A stretch of 64,000 nucleotides of DNA from Candidatus Coprovivens sp. (GCA_051892935.1 JBJFGS010000024.1:1-64000), one strand, 5' to 3'. Counted from the first letter of the stretch, positions 44,959 to 54,401 are shown. Notes: generated by a model from the sequence alone, not told the origin. Program-made: numbers and translations.

Positions 44959-44987
44959 AGTATATCAATTATTATTTATTTGTTGAA
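44959..44987 (-). promoter_or_regulatory. Sigma-A-like extended -10 promoter of the ART gene
   Basis: TTCAAC, 17 bp, TATACT, preceded by TGn. Confidence 0.45.
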
Positions 44988-44995
44988 ATAGTATG

Positions 44996-46384
44996 TTACT
45001 CTGATTCACTTTTTATTTTTCTTAAAGTGTATTTTATTTGATATTTTTTATTATGATTATCATATCTATTAAATATGAATATTTTGTTTTCTATTTGGTT
45101 TAGTAAACTATAATCTATATTTAAATATATAGTTAAATAGGCTGTTGATAATTCTTTAGTTAATAACACTTTATCTAGTATTAAAGGAATAATATTAACG
45201 TTAGGAATAGATATTTTTCTTTTATATAATGAAGATAATAGTTGAGATATCTGAGAATAGTTTATATCTATTTTTTTTATTATATATTGAAAAATTTTAT
45301 TTATTTCTGATTCTCTTATGTTTGTATAGCATTTGTTTCCTAATAGATGTTCTTTACATATCCAGGTTGTGTCTTTAGAGTTTTTTAATTGCTTTCTTCG
45401 ATGAAGATAGCAATTATGTTTAGTACATATTAATTTTTGAGTATATTGGTATTGTTTATGATAATTTGTATTGTCTTTTGTTTTTTTTAAGAGTTTATTA
45501 TTAGTTTCGTTCCAAAGAGATTCTTCTATAATAGGTGGAATGTGTTTATAGTCTTTATATATTTTCCATTTATTGGGATTTATTTTTTTTACTTTTTTTG
45601 TCATATAATCTTCTGTGTATGTTTTATTTCCACAGTAATATCCTTTATATTTAGGGTTTTTTAACATTCTAAGGATAGTTGAAGAACACCATTTTTTATT
45701 ATAGTTAGTAGTTATTCCTTGATTATTAAGATAGTCGCATATATATGGAATTGATTTATTTTCTATTGTGTACATAGTAAAGATTTTTCTTACAATAGTA
45801 GATTGTTTTTTGTTAATAGTCATTTTATTTTTGTTTTTTTTATATCCATATAATTTGTTATTTCCAAGGATTATTCCTTTTTGTATTGACATATTTACAC
45901 CGAATTTTACTCTTTCTGATAAACGGCGGATTTCATCTTGTGCAAGGCTTGACATTATTGTGAGTCTTAACTCACTATCTGAATATATTGTATTAATGTT
46001 ATCGTTTGTAAATAAAACTGCTACTCCATTGTTTAATAATTCTCTAGTATATTTAAGGCTATCTAAGGTATTTCTTGAAAAACGAGATATTTCTTTTGTA
46101 ATAATTAAATCAAATAAGTCTTTTTTTGAATCTGATATCATTTTTAGAAAGTTTGCTCTTTTTATTGATGTTGTACCTGATATGCCTTTGTCAATATAGC
46201 CTTTAACATATGTCCAATTAGGATTATTTTTTATTATAGATTGAAAATAATCTTCTTGGTTGGATAAAGATGTTTGTTGATCTTCATGATCTGTAGATAT
46301 TCTTCCGTAATATGTTACTCTTAAATTAAGATTGGATATTGGAATTCCTTGATTAAGTTGTTCTCTTATTTTATATAGATTCAT
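44996..46384 (-). CDS. Large serine recombinase (SpoIVCA/CisA-like)
   Basis: YGRIST (catalytic Ser), DKGISGT, SRFSRN, recombinase domain (LKNPKYKG) and Zn-ribbon residues (CTKH...C...C). Confidence 0.95.
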   Translation of the reverse strand: MNLYKIREQLNQGIPISNLNLRVTYYGRISTDHEDQQTSLSNQEDYFQSIIKNNPNWTYVKGYIDKGISGTTSIKRANFLKMISDSKKDLFDLIITKEISRFSRNTLDSLKYTRELLNNGVAVLFTNDNINTIYSDSELRLTIMSSLAQDEIRRLSERVKFGVNMSIQKGIILGNNKLYGYKKNKNKMTINKKQSTIVRKIFTMYTIENKSIPYICDYLNNQGITTNYNKKWCSSTILRMLKNPKYKGYYCGNKTYTEDYMTKKVKKINPNKWKIYKDYKHIPPIIEESLWNETNNKLLKKTKDNTNYHKQYQYTQKLICTKHNCYLHRRKQLKNSKDTTWICKEHLLGNKCYTNIRESEINKIFQYIIKKIDINYSQISQLLSSLYKRKISIPNVNIIPLILDKVLLTKELSTAYLTIYLNIDYSLLNQIENKIFIFNRYDNHNKKYQIKYTLRKIKSESE

Positions 46385-46524
46385 TATATTATTGTTAATT
46401 TATTTAAAAGATAGTTTTGGATATTTAAATATTCTTGATATGTTATTTCTTCTTTTTTATATAATTCTTCGTTTATAAGAAGAGATATTTTTATAATTAG
46501 TTGTTCTTTTTTTATAATTAACAC
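46384..46524 (-). CDS. Unannotated SHOCT-like microprotein (about 43-46 aa) coupled to the recombinase
   Basis: AAAGGAG RBS and LYKKEEITYQEYLNIQNYLL motif. The stop overlaps the recombinase start (TAATG). Start is GTG at 46524, or ATA at 46515 which has better RBS spacing. Confidence 0.7.
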   Translation of the reverse strand: MLIIKKEQLIIKISLLINEELYKKEEITYQEYLNIQNYLLNKLTII

Positions 46525-46561
46525 TCCTTTATTTTAATAATATTATGTAATTTATTTTTTA

Positions 46562-46589
46562 TGCATTAAGTGAACCTAATGCTACTAAA
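46562..46589 (+). repeat. attR-like junction (core TGA 46571-46573)
   Basis: The TGCATTAAG arm is the reverse complement of CTTAATGCA at the left junction. Confidence 0.85.
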
Positions 46590-46979
46590 TTAGAAAAAGA
46601 AGGATATGGATATGTTGTAGGAAGTGTTGGAGAATTATCTGGAGAAATGCCTTATACAGCTTTTTATGCTAGAAAAAGTTATATAAACAATAATGAAGAT
46701 ATTATTAAAGGTTTTAATAATGCTATTAATAAAGGTTTAGATTTTGTTAGTAATAATTCTGATAAAGAAGTTGCTGAAGTTATTTTAAAACAGTTTCCTG
46801 ATACTTCATTAAATGATGTAGAAGCAATTGTTAAAAGATATAGGGATGCTGATAGTTGGCTTTTAAATACTACTATTACAGAGGAATCTTATAAAAATTT
46901 AGAAGATATAATGATTGATAATAATTTATTGGATAGTTATGTTTCATTTAGTGATTTAGTAATAGATTTTAATGAGTAA
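46572..46979 (+). CDS. 3' part of the interrupted ABC substrate-binding gene
   Basis: Open frame from GAA at 46572 (EPNATKLEKEGYGYVVGSVGELSGEMPYT...), 25 codons upstream of the ORF-track Met. Confidence 0.9.
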   Translation, partial: EPNATKLEKEGYGYVVGSVGELSGEMPYTAFYARKSYINNNEDIIKGFNNAINKGLDFVSNNSDKEVAEVILKQFPDTSLNDVEAIVKRYRDADSWLLNTTITEESYKNLEDIMIDNNLLDSYVSFSDLVIDFNE

Positions 46980-47721
46980 AATATTAGAAGTTAAAAATAT
47001 TGAAAAAAAGTTTAATACTATAAATGGTGAGATAGAAGCTATAAATAATATATCTTTAAATATTAATGAAGGAGAATTTGTTGCAATAGTTGGGACATCC
47101 GGTTGTGGTAAAAGTACTTTACTATCTATTATGGCTGGTTTAGAAAAATTTAGTGCGGGAGAGATTAATTATGAAATAGATAATCCAGTAATTGGATATA
47201 TGTTGCAAGAAGATGCTTTATTTGAACATCTAAAAATAAAGGACAATATATTATTAGGATTAAGAATTCAAAATAAATTAACTGAAGATAATAAAAAATA
47301 TGCTTTTGATTTATTAAAAAAGTATAACTTAGATAAGTTTAAAAACAAAAGACCAAGTGAACTTTCAGGAGGAATGAAACAAAGAGTTGCTTTAATAAGA
47401 ACATTAGCTATAAGACCAGATATTCTATTTTTAGATGAACCTTTTTCGGCATTAGATTTTAGTACTAGATTGTCAGTTTGTGATGATGTTTATAAAATAA
47501 TAAAAGATACTGGTATTACAACAATTATGGTAACGCACGATATTTCAGAAGCTGTAAGTGTAGCTGATAAAGTAATAGTTTTAAGTAAGGGTCCTTCTGT
47601 AGTGAAGAATATCTATAGTATACAATTGGACAATAAGGGATTACCTACACAAAATAGAAATGATACTAAGTTTAATTATTATAATGAATTAATATGGAAA
47701 GATTTAGATAACAATGAGTAA
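46972..47721 (+). CDS. NitT/TauT-type ABC transporter ATP-binding protein (YtlC-like)
   Basis: GTSGCGKST, LSGGMKQR and LDEPFSALD motifs. Confidence 0.93.
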   Translation: MSKILEVKNIEKKFNTINGEIEAINNISLNINEGEFVAIVGTSGCGKSTLLSIMAGLEKFSAGEINYEIDNPVIGYMLQEDALFEHLKIKDNILLGLRIQNKLTEDNKKYAFDLLKKYNLDKFKNKRPSELSGGMKQRVALIRTLAIRPDILFLDEPFSALDFSTRLSVCDDVYKIIKDTGITTIMVTHDISEAVSVADKVIVLSKGPSVVKNIYSIQLDNKGLPTQNRNDTKFNYYNELIWKDLDNNE

Positions 47722-48499
47722 TGAACAAAGAAAGTTTATATTAAAGTATAAACTAAATAAATTTTTTATCATAATTACTCAAGTTTTAATTGTATTATCA
47801 TTTTTTCTTACGTGGGAGATTCTTAGTAGAAAAGGTATTATTAATTCTTTTATATTTAGTAGTCCTACTAAAGTAGTAAATACTATATGTGATTTATTTG
47901 TTAATAATAACTTATTAAGGCATATTTGGGTGAGTGTTTATGAGACTTTAATTGCTTTTGGTATAGGATTGTTACTTAGTGTAAGTATATCGATTATTCT
48001 TTATATGTTTAATAATTTATATAAAGTTTTAGATCCTTTCTTAACTTGTTTAAATTCTCTACCAAAAGTTGCTTTGGGACCGATGATTATTATTATAGCT
48101 GGAGCTAATATAAAAAGTATTATAGTTATGGCAGTTTTAATAAATGTTATTGTTAGTACAATAGTTATTACTAATGGATTTTATAATACTGATAAAATTA
48201 AACTAAAATTAATGAAATCTTTTAAAGCTAGTAAGTTTCAGATACTTAAATATTTGGTAATTCCTAGCAATTATAAAACTATTATTAGTTCGTTTAAACT
48301 AAGTATAAGTATGAGTATGATTGGAGTTATTACAGGAGAGTTTTTAGTTAGTCAAGAAGGTTTGGGTTATCTTATAATATATGGTACACAAGTATTTAAT
48401 TTAGATTTAGTAATAAGTGGTATTATACTTTTATTGATTATATCTTATATACTTTATAAGGTTGTAGAATATATAGAGAAAATATTATTAAGTTTATAA
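47714..48499 (+). CDS. NitT/TauT-type ABC transporter permease (YtlD-like)
   Basis: LNSLPKVALGP and GEFLVSQEGLGYLI motifs. Multi-TM. Confidence 0.92.
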   Translation: MSNEQRKFILKYKLNKFFIIITQVLIVLSFFLTWEILSRKGIINSFIFSSPTKVVNTICDLFVNNNLLRHIWVSVYETLIAFGIGLLLSVSISIILYMFNNLYKVLDPFLTCLNSLPKVALGPMIIIIAGANIKSIIVMAVLINVIVSTIVITNGFYNTDKIKLKLMKSFKASKFQILKYLVIPSNYKTIISSFKLSISMSMIGVITGEFLVSQEGLGYLIIYGTQVFNLDLVISGIILLLIISYILYKVVEYIEKILLSL

Positions 48500-48593
48500 A
48501 GAAAAGAATTAATCTTTTCTTTTTATCTAATAAGTTTTAATTTATAATATTATTATAAATATTTTTGGTATAATTCTTATAGTAGGTGATGTT

Positions 48594-49712
48594 ATGAGTA
48601 CAGAAAAAAATAAAAAAGCAAAAAATAAGACAGATAAAGCTTTAGATAATAAATGTCCTGGATGTGGAGCTCCGATACATTTTAATCCAACAGAAGGCAA
48701 GTGGAAATGTGAGTATTGTAATAGTATTTTTACATTAGAAGAAATGCAAAAATATAATAATGCTAGTAGTAAAGAGAATAATGTTGATGAAGTTATAGAA
48801 GAAGTTAAAGATGATGATACTACTTATGTTACATATAAATGTAAGAATTGTGGTGCTTCCGTTGTAGCTGATGAACAAACGGCTGCTACTTTCTGTGTAT
48901 ATTGTGGAAATACTGCTATTTTAAAGGATAAGCTTTCTGGTAGTTTTAAACCTGATTATATTATTCCTTTTAAAATAGAAAAAGATGCTGCTATAAAAGC
49001 TTTTGAGGAATTATCAAAAGGTAGACCTTTTATGCCTAAGGATTTTAATAGTAAATCTAATATAGAAAAAATAAGAGGAGTATATATTCCTTTTTGGTTA
49101 TATAATTTTATTGTAGATGGTGATCTTAATTTTAACGGAGAAAAAACGCATACGACATCTACGCCTAGTGCAACTTATATAAAGACAGATCACTATAAAT
49201 TATATAGAACTGCTACAATGAATTTTATAAAGATTCCGGTAGATGGATCAACAAGATTTGATGATGATATTATGAATTCTATTGAACCTTTTAATTACGA
49301 TGAATTAGTTCCATATAACCATGCTTATCTTTCTGGCTTTTTAGCAGAAAAATATGATTTAGATTCTGATGAATCAAGTAAGGATGCTCAAGAAAGAGCA
49401 TTAGAATCTTCTAGAGCAAAGATATCCAATGATGTTGCTAGTGAGTTTGCTTCCTATTATGTTACAGAAGATTCTTTAAAAGCAGAAGTTACTGAAAAAA
49501 AATATGCATTACTGCCTGTATGGATGGTCAATGTAAAATATCAAGATAAATATTATTTGTTTGCTATGAATGGTCAAACAGGAGAATTTATAGGAAATAT
49601 TCCATTAGATAAAAATAAAGTTATATTATGGTCTGTTATTTCGTTTATAGTAGTTTTTATAATTGTTGGAGTAATAAGTTTTATCTTGTATTTAATGGGA
49701 GGTAATGTATGA
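48594..49712 (+). CDS. Zinc-ribbon membrane protein (YdjG-like)
   Basis: Four CxxC pairs, YIPFW, LLPVW, NGQTG and a C-terminal TM. Confidence 0.8.
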   Translation: MSTEKNKKAKNKTDKALDNKCPGCGAPIHFNPTEGKWKCEYCNSIFTLEEMQKYNNASSKENNVDEVIEEVKDDDTTYVTYKCKNCGASVVADEQTAATFCVYCGNTAILKDKLSGSFKPDYIIPFKIEKDAAIKAFEELSKGRPFMPKDFNSKSNIEKIRGVYIPFWLYNFIVDGDLNFNGEKTHTTSTPSATYIKTDHYKLYRTATMNFIKIPVDGSTRFDDDIMNSIEPFNYDELVPYNHAYLSGFLAEKYDLDSDESSKDAQERALESSRAKISNDVASEFASYYVTEDSLKAEVTEKKYALLPVWMVNVKYQDKYYLFAMNGQTGEFIGNIPLDKNKVILWSVISFIVVFIIVGVISFILYLMGGNV

Positions 49713-50617
49713 AAAAGTTTATACTAGGTATATTGGTATTTTTTGTAGGAATAAATATTGGAAATGCAGCTTTAGTTTATGATAGAAATGAACTTGATAA
49801 CTATGGTGTTAATAAAGATATAGAGATTACTGATAGAAATAAAAATGATATTTTAAATACCAAAGCGGTTGATTCTTCTGAAAAAGTATATGACTTTGCT
49901 AATATTTTAAGTGATAATGAAGAAGAAAATCTAAAAAAGATAGCTTTAGATTTTTATGATGAAACCGGTTTTGATTTAGTTATTTTGACTGATAGTTTTT
50001 ATAATTATGATTATGAAGATAATTATGAATATGTTCAAAACTTTTATGATTATAATGACTTTGGTATAGATGATGAATATTATAGCGGAGTTGTTATTTT
50101 AAGAAATAATTATCCTGATTATCCTTTTTATAGTATTAGGTTATTTGGTGAAGCTCAATTATATTTTAGTGGTAAGCGTACAGAGAAAATACTTGATGAT
50201 ACATCTTATTTAATAGCTAATAAGGATTATAGTTCAGCTTTTATTGAAGTTGTTGATTATTTATTGGATTATTATGATGATGGGATTTCTCCTGAATTTA
50301 AAGGTTATGAAATAGATAAAAATGGAATGTTAGTAGCACCATATAAATTTCCTTTTTTAATAGCTATTATAGTTTCTTTAGTGTTTACATTATTTTATAT
50401 TGGTCATTATGTAAATAAGAATAAGATGGTTTATAAAGCCAGATTAGCTAATGATTATCTTGATAAAGAAAGTGTTACCTATAAAGTTAAAGAAAATAAG
50501 TTTTTGCATACTACTACAAGAACTATACCAAAATCTACTGATAGTAGTGGTGGTTCACATGGAAGCTTTAGTGGTTCTTCTGGAAGAGGAAGTAGTGGCG
50601 GTGGACGTAGAGTATAA
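49709..50617 (+). CDS. TPM-domain membrane protein (YdjH-like)
   Basis: VYDFANILS..EE motif, TM and a Gly/Ser-rich C-terminal tail. Confidence 0.85.
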   Translation: MKKFILGILVFFVGINIGNAALVYDRNELDNYGVNKDIEITDRNKNDILNTKAVDSSEKVYDFANILSDNEEENLKKIALDFYDETGFDLVILTDSFYNYDYEDNYEYVQNFYDYNDFGIDDEYYSGVVILRNNYPDYPFYSIRLFGEAQLYFSGKRTEKILDDTSYLIANKDYSSAFIEVVDYLLDYYDDGISPEFKGYEIDKNGMLVAPYKFPFLIAIIVSLVFTLFYIGHYVNKNKMVYKARLANDYLDKESVTYKVKENKFLHTTTRTIPKSTDSSGGSHGSFSGSSGRGSSGGGRRV

Positions 50618-50640
50618 AAATAGAAGGTATTTATTACCTT

Positions 50641-52176
50641 CTATTTTGTTTTTTCTATTCTAATTAGTTTTTCTTTTTTTGTGGGTTTCTTTGATTCTTC
50701 TATTTTCTTTTTTGTAGGTCGATTAATTTTTTTTATATCTTGTGGATTTAAATTTAATTTAATGCTCCCCTTTTGTTCCTCTGTTTTAGTACTTTTCTTA
50801 GGTTGGCGATTAATCTTTTTTATACTATTTGGATTAAGTTTTAATTGTTCTTTTTTCTTTTTTTCTTTAGAAAGAGCTTCTTTTCTTAACTTCTTTATAT
50901 CTTCACCAATTGGTGGTTCAATTTTTAAACGAGTATTAGTTTGAGGTATATTTACATCTAAACTAATAAGGTTTTCTTTTTTAGGAGTTTTTTTAGGAGA
51001 TGTTTTGCTACGCTTTTTATTTTTAGTATCTTCTATTTTTATAACCTTAATTTTATTACCATTTAGAAAATTATCTACTTCGATAACTTCGTTTTGAATT
51101 TTTTCTACTGGTTGGATACTATCAATATCCTTAATCATTTTATCTATTTTTTGAATATTATTATCATATTCTTTTATTTTTATATTTAAATCATCTGTAT
51201 CTAGTACTTCATATTCTTCATTAACTACTAAGTGTTTAGGTTTTATTTTGGGAAGTTCTATTTCAGATTTATTTGTTTTTTCAGGAATTATTTTTTTAGT
51301 ATCTACTTTAGTAGGTATTGGGACTTCTGGTTCATCAGTCTTTTCCAATTCAATTTCTTTTGATATAGGAAGATTCTTTTTGTATTTATTTTCTTTCACT
51401 TTAAGAATTGTTTCGCTATATTTTTCCAAGAAACCATCTGGTTCTTCTGAACTTCTAATATAAGAATCTTTTCTTGATTCGTTTTTTTGTAACGTATCTT
51501 TAATTTTTTCTTTTAATAAGGTTTGTTTTTCATAATCTATTTCATCATTAGTATTAGGTTTCTCTTTTGTTTCGACAACTTTATTTACTCTTTTTCTTAA
51601 ATCTAATAAATCTATTAATTTAAATATTTCTTTTAATAAATATATACCAATTGGTATTATTAATATAAACAACCAGCCTTTTTGATTAGCTATTAAAAAT
51701 TGAATATATCCTACTTTTGGAATGGTTATTATTTCTTTCCCAATGATGTTATTAAATGTTACATATACACTATCTGGTTCTGTATTATTATCTCCTTGGG
51801 TTAAGAATTCATAAGTACCATCTGGTAGCTGTTCTTTAGCAATAACACGATGTGTTATTGTCATTCCTTCGGAAGTTGCAGCAGTAGATTTATAAGTTAT
51901 TATATCGCCAATCTCTATTTCATCAGGATGTTCTGGTTTAATATTAATAACTACATCATAAACATTTATGTTTGGAGTCATACTAGGAGATACTATAGTA
52001 TATATAGAAATGCGTGGTTTATAATTTGGGTTATTAGCATTTATTTGAGATGCTATTATGTAATATACTAAAAAAGCAACAACAAGACATACAAAAGAAA
52101 TCACTAGGTAGTATAGTAATTTAGATATTATTGTGAATACTTTTAATAATAATTCTTTTGTATTTTTTTGTTTCAC
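50641..52176 (-). CDS. Signal peptidase I, SipW type, with a long basic C-terminal extension
   Basis: VSPSMTP (Ser), ITHRV (His), TQGDNN..PD and IPKVG motifs. Confidence 0.85.
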   Translation of the reverse strand: MKQKNTKELLLKVFTIISKLLYYLVISFVCLVVAFLVYYIIASQINANNPNYKPRISIYTIVSPSMTPNINVYDVVINIKPEHPDEIEIGDIITYKSTAATSEGMTITHRVIAKEQLPDGTYEFLTQGDNNTEPDSVYVTFNNIIGKEIITIPKVGYIQFLIANQKGWLFILIIPIGIYLLKEIFKLIDLLDLRKRVNKVVETKEKPNTNDEIDYEKQTLLKEKIKDTLQKNESRKDSYIRSSEEPDGFLEKYSETILKVKENKYKKNLPISKEIELEKTDEPEVPIPTKVDTKKIIPEKTNKSEIELPKIKPKHLVVNEEYEVLDTDDLNIKIKEYDNNIQKIDKMIKDIDSIQPVEKIQNEVIEVDNFLNGNKIKVIKIEDTKNKKRSKTSPKKTPKKENLISLDVNIPQTNTRLKIEPPIGEDIKKLRKEALSKEKKKKEQLKLNPNSIKKINRQPKKSTKTEEQKGSIKLNLNPQDIKKINRPTKKKIEESKKPTKKEKLIRIEKTK

Positions 52177-52197
52177 TTCTATATCCTCTTTTTCTTT

Positions 52198-52821
52198 TTA
52201 TTCTAATAAAGATGTTTTGTTATCGTTTGCTTCTACTACTATTTTAGAATTGTAGTAATTATTGTAATTTCCTTCTTCAATAGTTCCTTTAAAAGCGACC
52301 TTAATAACATATGTCTTTGTTTCTTCAGGGGTTATTGTAATATCTGAGACAATTATTTTATCTGATAAAGGTAATTCTTTAGTAATAGAAGTTTCATTAT
52401 TACATGATATTGTATATACTAAATTATTTGTAGATAATAAAGAAGATTGAATACTTACTAATTTTATATCAAAAGTAATATCTGAATCTCCTTCATTTGT
52501 AATTTGAATAACCTTAGGATTCGTAAGTTCATATCCGTTGCCTATACCTGTTAAATTAAGATTTTGATTACCATTAAATGTTATTGATAATGTTTTATAA
52601 TAAGTGGATGATACTGATTCATTCTTATCTAATTTTTTTGTGGCAGAGAGAGCCTTATACGAAAAGATAACGCTTATTATTACACTTACGAAAGTTATTC
52701 CTAATATGATAAGCAAAACTATAAATCTTTGATGTTCTTTTTTTTCTTTTGCTTTGATAAGGATAGTATATTGAGTTTCTAATTCTTCTTTAAAGTCTTC
52801 ATTTTTTTCCATCCTTATCAC
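52198..52821 (-). CDS. TasA/camelysin-like or pilin-like exported protein
   Basis: N-terminal TM, ITNEG and ITPEETKTY motifs. Adjacent to the SipW-type gene. Confidence 0.55.
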   Translation of the reverse strand: MIRMEKNEDFKEELETQYTILIKAKEKKEHQRFIVLLIILGITFVSVIISVIFSYKALSATKKLDKNESVSSTYYKTLSITFNGNQNLNLTGIGNGYELTNPKVIQITNEGDSDITFDIKLVSIQSSLLSTNNLVYTISCNNETSITKELPLSDKIIVSDITITPEETKTYVIKVAFKGTIEEGNYNNYYNSKIVVEANDNKTSLLE

Positions 52822-52827
52822 ACCCTT

Positions 52828-53394
52828 CTATTCTTTTATAACGAATTTATATGTACCATTAAATGATTTATTATAGTTATAAGATTGATCTGCACCTTTT
52901 GTAATAAAACTAATTTTGATGGTACAATCGTTAGACTTATTAGTCTTAAGTTCTAAATTTTCCATTATTATCTTTTCATCAGAGTTAGTTGGCATTTGTT
53001 TATTTTCGATTTTTTCACCATTAGTACAAGATATACTATAAACAAATTCTTCCGGATGAGCTTGATATCCTGAATTAGATACAGACCATGTTGAAATAAT
53101 ATCAGTCCATTCAATGTTATATTTTATGGTATTAGAATTGTTATTAGTTATTGAAAAGTATTGTTCAAGAGTATATCCGGGAGTTAATCCCGATAGACTT
53201 AATGTGTTATTACTATTATAAATAAGGGTTGTGCTTTTATAAATATTATTGGATGCTATTACTTTATTACTATTAACTTCTGTTCGAGCTTTCTCATTAA
53301 AAAAGACAAGACATGAGCAGATGATTGAAGATATTAATGTAAGCACAGAAAAAAAGCAAACTACTATCACTAACTTCTTATCCATTCCAATCAC
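52828..53394 (-). CDS. TasA/camelysin-like or pilin-like exported protein
   Basis: N-terminal TM, LTPG...FSITN and DQ....KSFNG motifs. Confidence 0.6.
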   Translation of the reverse strand: MIGMDKKLVIVVCFFSVLTLISSIICSCLVFFNEKARTEVNSNKVIASNNIYKSTTLIYNSNNTLSLSGLTPGYTLEQYFSITNNNSNTIKYNIEWTDIISTWSVSNSGYQAHPEEFVYSISCTNGEKIENKQMPTNSDEKIIMENLELKTNKSNDCTIKISFITKGADQSYNYNKSFNGTYKFVIKE

Positions 53395-53498
53395 CCTTTA
53401 TTATATATAATTATAATAACAAAATTATAGTTTATTATCAAGATTATATTTGTTACAGAAGACTTTAAACTATGCTATAATTACTATGAGGTGTTAAC

Positions 53499-54401
53499 AT
53501 GAAGTTAAGCATAATTGTTCCTTGTAAAAATAGGAATGATAATATTATAGAACTGCATAATAAGATTAAAAATGCATTAGATAAAATAAAATATGAGATT
53601 ATTTATATAGATGATGGTTCTACAGACAGAACATTAAACCAATTAAAAAAAATATATGAAGAAGATATGCAACACGTAAAAGTTTTATCTTTTTCAAGGC
53701 AATTCAATAAGGATGCTGCTATATTGGCAGGTATTAAATATTCTAGTGGAAAATATGTATGTATAATGGATTCTGAATTAGTTAGTAATCCTCAAGAAAT
53801 ACTAACACTTTATAATTACTTAGAAGAGCATGAGGAATGTGATATAGTTTCTATTAAGAAAAATATAAGAAAAACTAAAATAATAGAATGGATTAATAAG
53901 TATATTTGTAAGCATTATAATGTTGATATGGCCGATATATATTCTATTGATAAGATGTTTAGAAATAATGTGAAAGAAGCATTAATTAATAATGGTAATA
54001 AGTTTTCTCAAAGTATATATAGTTGGATAGGTTATAATTTAAAATATATAAATGAAGATAATATAAGTGAAGAAAGAATAGAAAATAATTATTATAATTA
54101 TGTTTTTGATGTTATTAAGTTATATTCTGTAAAACCATTTTCTTTTAGTATTTATCTAGGAATATTTAATATATTAATTGCTATTATAATTTTTATCATT
54201 TCATTAATATTTACTATGGGATTAGATAATACTTTTAATACTGGTTGTATAATTATTATTCTTTTATTAATATTATTTGGTATCCAATTTATTTTAACTG
54301 GAGTTGTTGGTAATTATATTGTTGCTCTTAATAAAAATATGAATAATAGTTCTTATGTTATTAAAGAAAAAATAGGTTTTAGTAATGAAACGATTCTTTA
54401 A
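53499..54401 (+). CDS. GT2 (GtrB-like) polyprenol glycosyltransferase
   Basis: LSIIVP, IDDGSTD and FSRQF motifs, two C-terminal TMs. The DxD motif is degenerate (MDSEL). Confidence 0.85.
   Translation: MKLSIIVPCKNRNDNIIELHNKIKNALDKIKYEIIYIDDGSTDRTLNQLKKIYEEDMQHVKVLSFSRQFNKDAAILAGIKYSSGKYVCIMDSELVSNPQEILTLYNYLEEHEECDIVSIKKNIRKTKIIEWINKYICKHYNVDMADIYSIDKMFRNNVKEALINNGNKFSQSIYSWIGYNLKYINEDNISEERIENNYYNYVFDVIKLYSVKPFSFSIYLGIFNILIAIIIFIISLIFTMGLDNTFNTGCIIIILLLILFGIQFILTGVVGNYIVALNKNMNNSSYVIKEKIGFSNETIL

Larger units (their letters stand above)
43349..46573. mobile_element. 3,222-bp serine-recombinase gene-interrupting element (skin-like)
   Basis: Bounded by TGA cores. Excision restores ...NLF-EPNATKLEKEGYG... 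in frame. Encodes a large serine recombinase. All element genes lie on the opposite strand to the host gene. Confidence 0.9.

Noticed and set aside
43349-46573. Prophage, ICE or complete type VII secretion locus
   Set aside because: No structural, replication, relaxase or EssC/FtsK genes are in the element or the window.
46647-46979. 110-aa ORF as an independent gene
   Set aside because: The frame is open and SBP-like for 25 codons upstream of this Met, back to the att core. It is the 3' half of the split gene.
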